Both the position numbers and the translations under genes were made by a program. From the NCBI GenBank assembly GCA_963662665.2, contig CAXXJS010000031.1, positions 80,583-144,582 on the forward strand: 64,000 nucleotides of DNA. Direction: 5' to 3'. Positions 17,485-27,910 of this stretch are shown in pieces (the first letter of the stretch is position 1; each line of letters opens with the position of its first letter). This DNA is from Candidatus Latescibacterota bacterium. Its GTDB lineage: Bacteria; Latescibacterota; UBA2968; GCA-2709665. Under the pieces are notes generated by a model. It was given only the letters and a program-made list of their open reading frames with translations, had not been told where the DNA came from and did no database searches.

Positions 17485-20400
17485 CTACGGCTTGACGGGT
17501 TTCAGAGCGTGGGTTCGGGTATCAAATTCGCTGCCGGTGAGCAGCCGGGAAAGTGTGTTGGTCATCCGGACGACAATTCGGTTCCTCGCGGGTTTGAGCC
17601 ATTCGGTTCGACCCGTCCACTTGTATGGCGCCCAGGCTCTTGTCCCGAGGGAGCGGCCGTTTATGGCGACCTCTACAATATCCGAGACGTCTTTGAGTTC
17701 CTCCTCGAGCGAGAATACAAACTGTTCGGTCTCCGGGGGGTCGCTGAACGTCGTATCTTTTGTATACACAACCGTACCCGCATAATAGGGCATTTTCTGC
17801 TCGTCGAGTTCGCCCGGAAAACCACGGTCGACCGGAACGACCATTCGGAGATAGTGGTTGAGCCAGCGCCTGACCCCGAATTTCCCGAAAAGGTAAAAGG
17901 AGTCGACCAGGCCCTGATTGAGATCGTCGAGTTCCACGCGGATGGCCAGGACGTTTCTGCCTGTGGTAACGCGACGCACAACCGCGCAAGTGACGTTGTT
18001 ATGGTCGTATCGGAACGTGGGCCGGAAGGCTTTTCCGGGCAGACGGACTCCGTTCAGGTAGATCTGGTAATTGCCCAGAATGGCGCTGCGGTCCATCACA
18101 AGGGAGAGCTTTGAAGGCACCACGTCGGCGGAGAATGCGGTTCTGAACCAGCAGACCAGGGGAAATTCGATGCCCGGGCCGGCGGTCTGACCCGGCCCGC
18201 CGCTATTGAACGTGAACGGCAGGTTGGAAAGCGTCGGCAGATTCCCGATCTGTTCCACCATCGGTTTGGGGGTGACGGAAGTCCAGCGGTTGTCCCGGTA
18301 ACCCGGTCTGTGCCAGCCCTGCTCGATTCCCTTGTCCTGAGGATCGAGTTGCATCTGGAACCTGTCCATGCGCAGGCAGTTGTCCTCTTCGGGATCGACC
18401 TTCCACCCGCCGTCCGAATCGGGGCGCAAAACCGCCGCCGTTTCCACTTCGGTCCGGGGCTGGGGTTTGTCTTCCGAAGCAACAATAAGGTGGGATTGCA
18501 ACCGTTCAAAGTCGAGGTCCAGCGTGACCCTATCACCTTCCCGGTCCGACATTAATGAGGTCCGCCTGCCGGTTTCCAGGTCCCAACGTTCCATTTTCCG
18601 GCGTTTTGACGGTACCCTGATTGTGATCCGGGAAGCAAAGGCGTTTCGATCGGTATTCGTAAAAAAGAACAGATCTTCCTTTGGCGTTTCTCTCCGCTGC
18701 GCCAGGATCGCCGAACCGTTCTCTTTGTCGGTTTCGACAATCACGTCAGGAGGAAGGATGCGGCGGAGCAAATCGCCGAGCATACGGGCGCCGCGGTTTT
18801 TTTCGACGGACCCACCCGTTCGAATGAAGTAGAGGTCTCCCCTCTGAATGAGATGGACGCCCAGTTCGTGGCCGATATAGTCGCGCCTCATTCTGCCTGG
18901 CTCCATATCGGTAAGCCGGGAAAACGCCTCGACGACCGACGGGCCTTCCTGAATGTCTTCAATTGGCAGCAGGCCGAGACAGATCACTCTGCCGCCGGCG
19001 TTAATAAACTGCCGGATGCGTTCAAACGCGTCTCGCTCAAGGTTTGTGACGGGCGGCAGGATGAGCACGTCGTAGCTGGCGACGTCTGTCTGCAGCCGGT
19101 CACCGGCAATTCGCGCCGTCGCCAACGTTTCCGGGTCCAGGGAGTCGAAATCCCGCTGCATCCGGCAAAGGGATTCTATCAGGTACGCCCAATCCGAGGC
19201 GAGCCTCTGGGTCAGCTTGGCCTCGTCCTCGTCGTAGCCGATATATTCCCATCCGAGGCCGGGGCTGCCCAGGTGCGCCCAGAGACTCGTCACAGGATCG
19301 AGAAGGGCAATATTCGCCCGTCGACGTCCCTGGCTGAGGACGTATGAAAGGCGTCCGGCGTAGTCCGCTAGAAGCCGGAAATGTTTCCAATAGGGATTCT
19401 GATGGAAAATCGAAGGCGGATTGTGATGTTTGCGCAACCCGTCCAGCGTGTAGGACAATCCCCGTGCGTGAAACAGGTTTGCGCCGAGAGCGCCCATCCG
19501 GTCGATCGTCCATTTCATATCCTGAAGCGTGAGAGACCAGCCGGTGTCCTGGAAACAGGTGTTGAAGGCCCGGCCTCCGTCGTGGACGGACACGGAGAAC
19601 CTGGGGTTGCGGCGAAAAGCGGCGGCCTGTGCGTCCCCGTCTCTGAAACCTCCCACCTTTTCGCCTCCGCCGCTCGTACCCGGTATGTGCACGTTGCGCC
19701 TGTGGGCGTTCCTGAAAACAGTGACGTCGGCCGCGTGCAGCACGTTGTGTTTCGCGCACCACTTCTCCAGGACTTTATGGAAGTTGTCTCTAAGCGTCTC
19801 ACTCAGGGTCTGGAAGTAGTCGTATCGAATCCGTGCCGTATTCGGGCCAAAATAGGTCATCAGTGCGGGGAGGCAGTTGAGCAGGTCGTACCGGTTGCGC
19901 TCCTGAAATACCCGGGGCAACGTGGGAGACCAGGGCCATCTGCCCGGAATGGAAGACGCCTCGGTGGTTAAAATGCCCTGGATCACGCCGCCAAACCTGT
20001 CCGGCAACCCACTGGCGTACCGTTCGTGCGTGGTTTCGAGAAAACTGGCGACGGCTTCCGCGTTAAATGGATCGAAATGGATTCCATGAGACTCCGCCGC
20101 ATCGCTCTCCCGCTGTATGAAGACGAGTACTCTCCAGCGTCCGGGCGGCGCCTTCCAGAACAGCCGATGCGTGACGTGCCGGGCGAGGAATCGCTTATTG
20201 TGGTATGCCGCGGCGTCCGTGTGCTCTCTGTAAATCTCGTGACGCTGATTTGCGCCGATATGGTCCCCTATATCGGCCACACTCTCCCAGAGGCAACGGT
20301 CCCGTTTGAGCGGAACTGCGAGCGCGCGCAATACAGTGCCCCACGGCAATTCCATGTCCACCTGCTGCCCGCCCTGAACGGTGATTTCATCAAAGGTGAG

Positions 20401-20724
20401 GTGCTGAGCCCGATACTGCGGGTAACCCAACGAAACCTGGCCGCCGCTGATGCTGTGGGGATGGGGGTATTCGCCCTGCAGCCAGACCTGGAGGCCGCAC
20501 TCCCGGGCGGTTTCCACCGCCAGTCGAACACGATCGAACCAGACTTTGGAGAGGTATGGAATGCGCAGCCCCGGCCCCGCGGAGAGACAGAATCCGCCCA
20601 GACCCTTCTCGCTCATTTCCCGGATCTGGCGCAGGATCTCACTTTCCTCGATGGTGCTGTTCCAGTTCCAGGAAGGCAGAATTCGATACGGCGCCGGTGG
20701 ATTGAGGAATGTGCTGGTGTCCAT
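17485..20724 (-). CDS. large glycoside hydrolase, GH106 (alpha-L-rhamnosidase)-like
   Basis: FLNPPAPYR..WNWN..QIREM..GLGGF..GLRIPYLS; RIRYDY; GWSLTLQDMKW; PPSIFHQNPYW; C-terminal GTRAWAPY. Likely start ATG 20724. Confidence 0.7.
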   Translation of the reverse strand: MDTSTFLNPPAPYRILPSWNWNSTIEESEILRQIREMSEKGLGGFCLSAGPGLRIPYLSKVWFDRVRLAVETARECGLQVWLQGEYPHPHSISGGQVSLGYPQYRAQHLTFDEITVQGGQQVDMELPWGTVLRALAVPLKRDRCLWESVADIGDHIGANQRHEIYREHTDAAAYHNKRFLARHVTHRLFWKAPPGRWRVLVFIQRESDAAESHGIHFDPFNAEAVASFLETTHERYASGLPDRFGGVIQGILTTEASSIPGRWPWSPTLPRVFQERNRYDLLNCLPALMTYFGPNTARIRYDYFQTLSETLRDNFHKVLEKWCAKHNVLHAADVTVFRNAHRRNVHIPGTSGGGEKVGGFRDGDAQAAAFRRNPRFSVSVHDGGRAFNTCFQDTGWSLTLQDMKWTIDRMGALGANLFHARGLSYTLDGLRKHHNPPSIFHQNPYWKHFRLLADYAGRLSYVLSQGRRRANIALLDPVTSLWAHLGSPGLGWEYIGYDEDEAKLTQRLASDWAYLIESLCRMQRDFDSLDPETLATARIAGDRLQTDVASYDVLILPPVTNLERDAFERIRQFINAGGRVICLGLLPIEDIQEGPSVVEAFSRLTDMEPGRMRRDYIGHELGVHLIQRGDLYFIRTGGSVEKNRGARMLGDLLRRILPPDVIVETDKENGSAILAQRRETPKEDLFFFTNTDRNAFASRITIRVPSKRRKMERWDLETGRRTSLMSDREGDRVTLDLDFERLQSHLIVASEDKPQPRTEVETAAVLRPDSDGGWKVDPEEDNCLRMDRFQMQLDPQDKGIEQGWHRPGYRDNRWTSVTPKPMVEQIGNLPTLSNLPFTFNSGGPGQTAGPGIEFPLVCWFRTAFSADVVPSKLSLVMDRSAILGNYQIYLNGVRLPGKAFRPTFRYDHNNVTCAVVRRVTTGRNVLAIRVELDDLNQGLVDSFYLFGKFGVRRWLNHYLRMVVPVDRGFPGELDEQKMPYYAGTVVYTKDTTFSDPPETEQFVFSLEEELKDVSDIVEVAINGRSLGTRAWAPYKWTGRTEWLKPARNRIVVRMTNTLSRLLTGSEFDTRTHALKPVKP

Positions 20725-20795
20725 TATACGGCTGGCCTGTTGCAAATAGGCGCGGCGGATAAAGGCAAGTCGTGCACGCGTGTCGTCACTGGTTG

Positions 20796-21041
20796 CTAAA
20801 CCTGCGCCGCGCAAGTCTCACAGAGATACGTTACCGTTCGGTAACGTTCCGCGAGGCGTGTGAATTTGATCCGGCCCTCTCTTTGCCCGCAACGCTCGCA
20901 GGGGCGCTCGAGGGGAGGTGTCGATCCGGCAGCGGGCAACGCTTCGCAGACCTCACATCGGTAGGCGGTCTGTTTCTCGCCATTCAATACCCGGGTGGAG
21001 ACCCGTGTGGCGGGACGCTTTTCACACGTTTCACAGAGCAC
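20796..21041 (-). CDS. small protein with two McsA-like zinc ribbons (four CxxC)
   Basis: LCETCEKRPATRVSTRVLNGEKQTAYRCEVC..PCERCGQREGRIKFTRLAERYRTVTYLCETC; GTG start 21041. Confidence 0.65.
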   Translation of the reverse strand: MLCETCEKRPATRVSTRVLNGEKQTAYRCEVCEALPAAGSTPPLERPCERCGQREGRIKFTRLAERYRTVTYLCETCAAQV

Positions 21042-21108
21042 CTGAAATAACTTCTCCGAAAGCTGAGGATGCGCGGAATTCGACCCCCTCAATATTTCAA
21101 AAGGATGT

Positions 21109-21136
21109 AATGTACTATTTAATAAGGAAAAGTCAA
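21109..21136 (-). promoter_or_regulatory. sigma70-type promoter for the zinc-ribbon/GH106-like unit
   Basis: TTGACT, 16-nt spacer, TACATT within an AT-rich divergent intergenic region. Confidence 0.45.
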
Positions 21137-21390
21137 GACAAAGCGTAAATTAACAAACATAACTATATGTTATTTATTTTTTTATGGGATATTGTACGCA
21201 AAATGAAAATCGTCCGCACAACAGTTCTTTACGGTGCGGGACCCAGGTCGGTCTTCGCGAGAAACGATTGGAAATGTGACCAATAAGTATTTGTTTTTAA
21301 ACGCAGAGCAGCCAGCTGCACCCGTGTTGTCCGGTCGCCGGTCGGAATTTGTGGTCTCACTCGATTTTTTTTATTATACTTGATATCCAA

Positions 21391-21987
21391 ATGAAAAAAC
21401 GCATTTGCGCGCTTGTGCCGGCTGCCGGTATGTCCACGCGCATGGGGTCTCCCAAACAACTGCTGCCGTTCGGCCGGAAGACGGTGCTTCAAAGCGTGGT
21501 AGATACGCTGCTTGAAGCCAATCTGGACGGTATCCTGGTGGTCCTCGGCCACGAGGCGGATACCGTGCGCGAGAGCCTGGTGGAGCGGCCGCTGATGTTT
21601 CGCGTGAATTCCGATTACCGCGAAGGGATGTTTTCAAGTATCCTGTGCGGGTTTTCCGCGATGGCAGGGTCGTACGACGCCGCGCTGATCGCCCTCGGCG
21701 ATCAGCCGCACATCCGCTCGAACGTGGTCAGGAGAGTGGCGTCGGCGTATCAAAATGACAACAAGGGAATTGTCGTTCCTGTCTACCGGGGCAAACGAGG
21801 GCATCCGGCGCTGGTGGATCTCGGTCGGTATTTTTCAGAAATCCAATCCCTTACAGGAGAACAAGGGCTGAAACCCATAATGCGAGGTCATCCGGACGAC
21901 ACGCTCGAAATCGACGTCGGCGATGAAGGGGTGTTGCGGGATATTGATACGCCGGAGGAATATCAGGCGGAATTGGCAAAGCGCTAG
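21391..21987 (+). CDS. MocA/YgfJ-like NTP transferase (molybdenum cofactor cytidylyltransferase family)
   Basis: ALVPAAGMSTRMGSPKQLL, GMFSSI, LGDQP, GKRGHP, DIDTPEEY. Confidence 0.85.
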   Translation: MKKRICALVPAAGMSTRMGSPKQLLPFGRKTVLQSVVDTLLEANLDGILVVLGHEADTVRESLVERPLMFRVNSDYREGMFSSILCGFSAMAGSYDAALIALGDQPHIRSNVVRRVASAYQNDNKGIVVPVYRGKRGHPALVDLGRYFSEIQSLTGEQGLKPIMRGHPDDTLEIDVGDEGVLRDIDTPEEYQAELAKR

Positions 21988-22018
21988 GGGAGCGGCCTTT
22001 TTCCTGTCCGGTAGCCGT

Positions 22019-22846
22019 TTACGCCGGTGTAAGCTGGGCTCCCCCGTCGACGCGGAGTATCTGGCCGCTCACGAAGCTTGCCAGGGGCGAAACGAAAAAC
22101 TGTACGGCCCGCGCGATCTCGTCCGGATACGCGTATCGGATCAGCGTGGGCCGGTTCATTGCGTTCATAAGTTCCGGGTCGGCCTGTCCCGTGGCAACAA
22201 AACGACCGCTGGGCGAGTCTCCCGGCGCAACCATGTTCACGGTAATGTTGTGTTCCCTGACTTGAGCGGCCAGGCAGCGGGTATAATGGGTCTGGGCGGC
22301 TTTGGCCGTGGCGTAAACGGGACCTCCTCCTGGTTCACCGGTGAAGCTGTCCACGGAGCCGACGTTTACGATTCTGCCTCCCCCGCGTTGAATCATGCCC
22401 GGAACGACCGCGCGGCAGCAATGCAGGGTTGTTGCAAAGTTCCTCTTGAACACGGCTTCGATGTCTTCCAGCGGGATTCCCAGCGTATCGTTGGGCTTCG
22501 GTTTACCTCCCGCGGCGGCAATATCTCCGCCTGCGTTGTTGACCAGAATGTCGATGGGTCCGAGTTCGTTTTCGATCCTTTCAACCGCGGTTTCGACCAG
22601 GGCGGGGTCCGAAACGTCCGCAAAAACAGTGATAACGTCGTTGCCAGTTTTCGCGATTTCCCGGCCCACGTGAGTCGTGGACGGTGCTTCGTTGAATTCC
22701 GCCGCCGTCCGGTCGGAACGTCCGTGCACAACCACCGAAGCGCCGCAACGGGCCAGACGGTTCGCAATCGCCCGGCCCAGGCCACGTGCGGAAGCCGTGA
22801 CCCACGCGACTTTTCCGGCCAGAAGTTCGGGCTGTACGTATTCCAT
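22019..22846 (-). CDS. short-chain dehydrogenase/reductase
   Basis: VTASARGLG, DILVNNAG, IVNVGS, YATAK, VSGQILRVDGG. Confidence 0.9.
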   Translation of the reverse strand: MEYVQPELLAGKVAWVTASARGLGRAIANRLARCGASVVVHGRSDRTAAEFNEAPSTTHVGREIAKTGNDVITVFADVSDPALVETAVERIENELGPIDILVNNAGGDIAAAGGKPKPNDTLGIPLEDIEAVFKRNFATTLHCCRAVVPGMIQRGGGRIVNVGSVDSFTGEPGGGPVYATAKAAQTHYTRCLAAQVREHNITVNMVAPGDSPSGRFVATGQADPELMNAMNRPTLIRYAYPDEIARAVQFFVSPLASFVSGQILRVDGGAQLTPA

Positions 22847-23073
22847 ACGGTCTTGACCTCCATTCGTAATGCCGGTTGTCACAACGCGAATTCAGGATTT
22901 TGAACGCACACGAAGCGCCCGTGCGACCCGGGTCGGAGGGCCCCGGAAAGATACGCCGTCCAGCGGCCACCTGCAAGCCTGGAAGCATCGGCGGCGGCGT
23001 ATCGCCGTGGAGCCGATGCCTTCGCCGCGGGAATATCACAACAGTTGAACGTTTAGCCCGGGAGGATTCGTTT

Positions 23074-24117
23074 ATGGGTAATCGGACCATCGGTTTCGCA
23101 ATGATCGGGTGCGGCGTGGTGGCGGATTATCATATTGGTGCGGTGCAGGAAACAGAAGACGCCGAGCTTGTCGCGGTATACAGTCGCAGCGAAACGCGCG
23201 CCAGAACCACGGGCGAGGCGCACGGCGTGGCCTGGTTTACGGATCACGAAGCGATTCTTTGCCGACCGGACGTGGACGTGGTCTGCATCTGCACCCCCAG
23301 CGGCGTACGCATTCCTATCGTAACGGATGCTGCGGCGGCTGGCAAGCATCTGATCGTGGAAAAACCTCTTGACGTATCCATCGGGAATATGGATCGCATT
23401 ATCCAGGCGGCCGAAGACGCGGGGGTGAAGCTGATGGGCGTCTTCCAGTTGCGGTACGGGGAGGCGGTCAACAGGGCGCGCAACGCGGTTCAATCCGGCG
23501 CTCTCGGCAGGATGGTGCTGGGCGACGCCTATATCAAGTGGTTCCGGCCCCAGGCCTACTACGACGCGGACGATTGGCGCGGCAACTGGAAAATGGAGGG
23601 CGGTGGGGCGCTGATGACCCAGGGCAGCCACACGGTGGATCTGCTCCAGTGGATTATGGGACCGGTAAAGCGCGTCTACGCCAGGATGGGCACGTTGATC
23701 CACGATATCGAAGTGGAGGATACACTCGTTGCCACACTGGAATTCGAGAACGGGGCGCTCGGGGTGGTTGAAGCGTCTTCCGCCGCGTATCCCGGTTTGC
23801 CGGCACGGATGGAATTTTCCGGAGACCGGGGCACTGTGGTAGTGGAAGCTGACCGGATTACCAGGTGGGACGTCGAGGGAGAAAGCGCGCAGGAGACGGC
23901 GGCGGACACAACCGACGTGGCCAGGGCGGCATCAGATTCCAGGACCTTCGGCACAGAAGGACACAAGGCGCAAATTGCGGAAATGGCTCACATTCTGAAT
24001 GAAGGGGGAGAGCCGAATATCGATGGTCCCGAGTCGAAGCGGGCAATTGAAGTCATCCTGGCGATTTACGAATCGGCGAGGACGGACAACCCCGTGGCGC
24101 TGCCGTTAAACGGTTGA
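23074..24117 (+). CDS. Gfo/Idh/MocA family oxidoreductase
   Basis: IGCGVVA, ICTPSG, VEKPL, WRGNWKMEGGGALMTQGSH; GGAGG RBS. Confidence 0.92.
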   Translation: MGNRTIGFAMIGCGVVADYHIGAVQETEDAELVAVYSRSETRARTTGEAHGVAWFTDHEAILCRPDVDVVCICTPSGVRIPIVTDAAAAGKHLIVEKPLDVSIGNMDRIIQAAEDAGVKLMGVFQLRYGEAVNRARNAVQSGALGRMVLGDAYIKWFRPQAYYDADDWRGNWKMEGGGALMTQGSHTVDLLQWIMGPVKRVYARMGTLIHDIEVEDTLVATLEFENGALGVVEASSAAYPGLPARMEFSGDRGTVVVEADRITRWDVEGESAQETAADTTDVARAASDSRTFGTEGHKAQIAEMAHILNEGGEPNIDGPESKRAIEVILAIYESARTDNPVALPLNG

Positions 24118-24147
24118 ATCGGAAATCTTCTTTTTATGGAGTGCTCT

Positions 24148-25137
24148 ATGGAGCCGATCAAGATCGTTGTGACTGACTATATCGAGCCCGACCTGAAGTG
24201 GGAAGAGGAGGAATTAGGGAAATATGGGCATGTCACGTTTGAATATCATCAACTCAAGTTCATGCCGGAGGCGGAACTGGTCGAAAAGATCGGCGACGCC
24301 GATATGATTCTGGTCAATATGGTGAAGATGACCGCCGGCGTAATCGATCAACTGGATGGGTGCAAGCTGATTCTCAGGCACGGTGTCGGATACGACAACG
24401 TGGATGTGACGGCGGCCACGGCAAAGGGTATCAGGGTTGCCTACGAGCCCGACTATTGTTCGGACGAGGTGGCGGAACACGCCATTGCATTGATGTTGGC
24501 CGGCTGGCGCAAGCTGAATGTGGGGCGAAGGATTCTGGAGGCGTCGAGTCGAAACGGGATCTGGGACTTCAACGAGGTATACCCGGTATACTCCATCAAG
24601 GGCAAGACAGTGGGCATTGTCGGTTGCGGCCGAATCGGGAGCCTGACGCTGCGGAAACTGGCCGGATTCGAAGTGAACGTCCTCGTCTGCGATCCGTATC
24701 TTTCCAACGAACGTCAGAAAGAACTGGGCGTGCAGGCGGTTGACCTGGACACGGTTCTGAAAGAAGCGGATATGATCACCATTCACGCGTCGCTCGACGA
24801 GGAGTCGTATCATCTCATCGGAGAAAGGGAACTTCGGGCGATGAAATCGCACGCCTACCTGGTGAACACCGCGCGGGGCGGGCTGGTTGACGCAAACGCG
24901 CTGGCCAGGGCGCTGAGGGGCGGGTGGATCGCCGGCGCAGCCATCGACGTGTACGAGCAGGAGCCACCCGATCCGGACATGGATTTGTTCAATCTGGAAA
25001 ACGCCCTCCTGGCGCCCCATCTGGCGTGGTATTCCGAAGAGGCGAACTGGAGTATGCGCGAGAAGGTAATGGAGGACTTCGTACGGTTCATAGAAGGGAG
25101 ACCGCCGCGGTTCCTGATCAACAAGGAACTGGCGTAG
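24148..25137 (+). CDS. D-isomer-specific 2-hydroxyacid dehydrogenase (CtBP/PGDH-like)
   Basis: RHGVGYDNVD, EVAEHA, GIVGCGRIG, LVNTARGGLVD, DVYEQEP, PHLAWYSEE. Confidence 0.92.
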   Translation: MEPIKIVVTDYIEPDLKWEEEELGKYGHVTFEYHQLKFMPEAELVEKIGDADMILVNMVKMTAGVIDQLDGCKLILRHGVGYDNVDVTAATAKGIRVAYEPDYCSDEVAEHAIALMLAGWRKLNVGRRILEASSRNGIWDFNEVYPVYSIKGKTVGIVGCGRIGSLTLRKLAGFEVNVLVCDPYLSNERQKELGVQAVDLDTVLKEADMITIHASLDEESYHLIGERELRAMKSHAYLVNTARGGLVDANALARALRGGWIAGAAIDVYEQEPPDPDMDLFNLENALLAPHLAWYSEEANWSMREKVMEDFVRFIEGRPPRFLINKELA

Positions 25138-25172
25138 ACAGTTGAGCAGGTTAACCCGTCAGGAGATCTCGT

Positions 25173-26510
25173 ATGGCGCAGGTGGCGAACGCAATCACGT
25201 TGGAAAAGCGGAAGATTCCGGGACCCGGATCCATTGCGTTGCTGGACGTATCCAGGCAATACGAGCCGCCGTGCATGGCCGATCAGGTGCCGGTGGTGTG
25301 GGACCACGGCGAGGGAGTCTGGGTTTGGGACGTGGACGGCAACCGGTTTCTGGATTTCACCTCCGGAGTGCTGGTGACAAACCTGGGCCACTCCCACCCA
25401 CGCCACGTCGAGAGCATCCGGAAACAGGCCGGTCGCCTGATGAACTGTTATTCGTTCCCAACGCCCGAGCGGGTGACGCTTTCGAAACGCCTGACTGACC
25501 TTCTGCCTGAAAACATCGATCAGACTTTCCTGCTGACAACGGGGGCCGAGGCGACCGAGGCGGCGATCCGCATTGCCAAGCGGTTCACGGGCAAACACGA
25601 GGTCCTGTCATTTTACGGAGGATTTCATGGGCGCACGTACGGACCGATGAGCGTAGCCGGAAATATGAAGACGAAACGTGCGTTCGGGCCCCAGTTGCCA
25701 GGCGGAATTCTCGCGCCGTTCCCCTACTTCTACCGGGATTTCTACAATAGCGAAACGGAAGAGGAATGCGCGCATCGGTGCCTGGAAAACCTGGACCGGA
25801 TTATCGACTCCACGTCCACGGGCGACGTGGGCGCCGTGATCACCGAGCCCTACCAGGGAGGGGCGGGTTTTATTTTTCCGCCCGCCGGCTGGTTGAAGGG
25901 GCTTGAAAGGTGGGCGCGGGACCGGGGAATGGTCTTCATTCTGGACGAGGTGCAATCCTCCTTCGGACGTACCGGAAAGTTGTTTGCGATGGAGTGGGAG
26001 GACCTGCATCCGAATATGGTCTGCCTTGGCAAGGGCATCGGCAGCGGGATGCCCGCTTCCGCGCTGGCCGGCGAGAGCCGCATATTCGAGTGCATGGGGG
26101 TCGGCGAGATGTCCAGCACCTGCGGGGGCAATCCGCTGGCCAGCGCCGCGTCGCACGCGGTATTGGACGTGATGGAAGACGAGGGACTGCCGGACAACGC
26201 CCAACGCGTGGGCGATTATATGTTGGCGCGGCTTCGGGTGCTACAGGCGAAACACGATGTCCTGGGCGACGTGCGAGGGCAGGGGCTGGTGATCGGGCTG
26301 GAGTTCGTACTGGACCGCGACGACAAGACACCCGCGCCGGAACTCACCTCCGATCTCCTTCTGAGGGCGGGGGAGTACGGTCTTCTACTCGGCAAGGTAG
26401 GGCTGTACGGAAATGTCGTCCGGATCGCGCCTCCGCTTGTAATAACCGAAGAGGAAGCGGGGATGGGCATAGACATCCTTGCCCGTGTTTTGGAAGAACT
26501 CGGAGGATGA
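25173..26510 (+). CDS. class III PLP-dependent aminotransferase (GabT/ArgD-like)
   Basis: WDVDGNRFLDF, TGAEATE, GFHGRT, EPYQGGAG, DEVQSSFGRTG, LGKGIGSG, RIAPPL. Confidence 0.92.
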   Translation: MAQVANAITLEKRKIPGPGSIALLDVSRQYEPPCMADQVPVVWDHGEGVWVWDVDGNRFLDFTSGVLVTNLGHSHPRHVESIRKQAGRLMNCYSFPTPERVTLSKRLTDLLPENIDQTFLLTTGAEATEAAIRIAKRFTGKHEVLSFYGGFHGRTYGPMSVAGNMKTKRAFGPQLPGGILAPFPYFYRDFYNSETEEECAHRCLENLDRIIDSTSTGDVGAVITEPYQGGAGFIFPPAGWLKGLERWARDRGMVFILDEVQSSFGRTGKLFAMEWEDLHPNMVCLGKGIGSGMPASALAGESRIFECMGVGEMSSTCGGNPLASAASHAVLDVMEDEGLPDNAQRVGDYMLARLRVLQAKHDVLGDVRGQGLVIGLEFVLDRDDKTPAPELTSDLLLRAGEYGLLLGKVGLYGNVVRIAPPLVITEEEAGMGIDILARVLEELGG

Positions 26511-26611
26511 CCGGGCGATTGTCAATCCGGAACCGGTGCGCCGTCAGGCCCCACCGGAAACAGCGGATCCGGTAAGAGCAGACCCAATCATCGGATCCGG
26601 GGAGTACACAC

Positions 26612-27847
26612 TTGGACAACAGGCAATTGAAGGCGGCAATCGAGACACACAAGGAAGATGCGGTCAGGCTGCTCTGCGACCTGATCCGCATCCCGTCGGT
26701 GCGCGGGAACGAAGGAGAGGCGATGCGCCTGCTGCACGCACGTATGGCGGGAGTCGTGGACGACCGGGAACTGGTGCCGGTTGCGGAAACGATTCAGGAG
26801 GACGCCGACTATTCGTTCAAGCTGCCGGATCTCAGCTACGCCGATCGGCCGAATCTAAGGGTGGCAAGAAAGGGTAGCGGAGGCGGACGGTCGCTGATAG
26901 TGAATACCCACCTGGACGTCGTACCGGCCTCATCGGACCAGGACCGGCCGTTTGAGGGCCGCGTGGAAGACGGTATCGTTTTCGGCCGGGGCGCGTGCGA
27001 CTGCAAGGGTCAGGCGGCCATGTTTTACCTCGCGCTTGCCGCCCTCAGAGACACGGAAATCCAACTCAAAGGGGACCTGATCGGGCACCTGGTAATTGAA
27101 GAGGAATGCGGCGGCAACGGAACGCTGGCGTTCGTGCGCGGCGACGACCGGGCCGACGCGGCCCTGGTGCTGGAGCCCTCCGAAATGAAGATCCTGCCGT
27201 CGATCCGCGGCGCCGTATGGTTTACGGTAAACGTGTACGGGCGGGCGGGCCACAGCGGGCAGGCGGGGCGCACGGTAAGCGCACTGAAGGAGGCGATGCG
27301 GGCAATTGAGATTCTGGAGGGATATCACGGGAGGTTGTTGGCGGAATCCAAAGGACACCCGCTATACGATGCGTATGAAAACCCGATGCCCATCACGTTC
27401 GGTACTCTGGAGGCCGGGGACTGGCCGGCGATGGCGCCGAGAAAGGCGACGTTCAAGGGCGTTCTCGGATTCCTGCCGAACCGGAACAAGGAAGAAGTGA
27501 TGCGCGAGATGGAGGGAGCGCTGAAAGCCGAGGGAGGAGACTGGCTCCAGGACCATTTTGATATGGACTTCATGTACCGTCACGACTGCAACGAGGTGCC
27601 CACGGATAATCCCATCGTGACGACTTTGCAACGGGCTTGCCTTGCAAGCGGACAGGCCGCGGAGGTGGCGGCGATGCCCGCGTCGTGCGATGCGTGGTTC
27701 TATTCGAACCTGATCGGCGTCCCCGCCGTGGTAATCGGCGCGGGAACGCTGGGCGTGGCGCACTCCAGCAGGGAACAGATCGCGGTGCGGGACCTTGCCG
27801 CGGGGGCGGAGGTACTCGCGCGGGCAATTGTGGATTGGTGTGGGTAA
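26612..27847 (+). CDS. M20 ArgE/DapE family deacylase
   Basis: NTHLDVVP, GRGACDCKG, EEECGGNG, GRAGHSG, AHSSREQI; TTG start after GGGGAG. Confidence 0.9.
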   Translation: MDNRQLKAAIETHKEDAVRLLCDLIRIPSVRGNEGEAMRLLHARMAGVVDDRELVPVAETIQEDADYSFKLPDLSYADRPNLRVARKGSGGGRSLIVNTHLDVVPASSDQDRPFEGRVEDGIVFGRGACDCKGQAAMFYLALAALRDTEIQLKGDLIGHLVIEEECGGNGTLAFVRGDDRADAALVLEPSEMKILPSIRGAVWFTVNVYGRAGHSGQAGRTVSALKEAMRAIEILEGYHGRLLAESKGHPLYDAYENPMPITFGTLEAGDWPAMAPRKATFKGVLGFLPNRNKEEVMREMEGALKAEGGDWLQDHFDMDFMYRHDCNEVPTDNPIVTTLQRACLASGQAAEVAAMPASCDAWFYSNLIGVPAVVIGAGTLGVAHSSREQIAVRDLAAGAEVLARAIVDWCG

Positions 27848-27910
27848 ACGCACATCGCCAGAAAGCGCGGGCAGGAAGGCGCAGCCGGCCGAAACGGAGA
27901 ATGCGATTCG

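Noticed and set aside
21125-21150. CtsR operator upstream of the McsA-like gene
   Set aside because: There is only one partial AGTCAA match and no heptad direct repeat.
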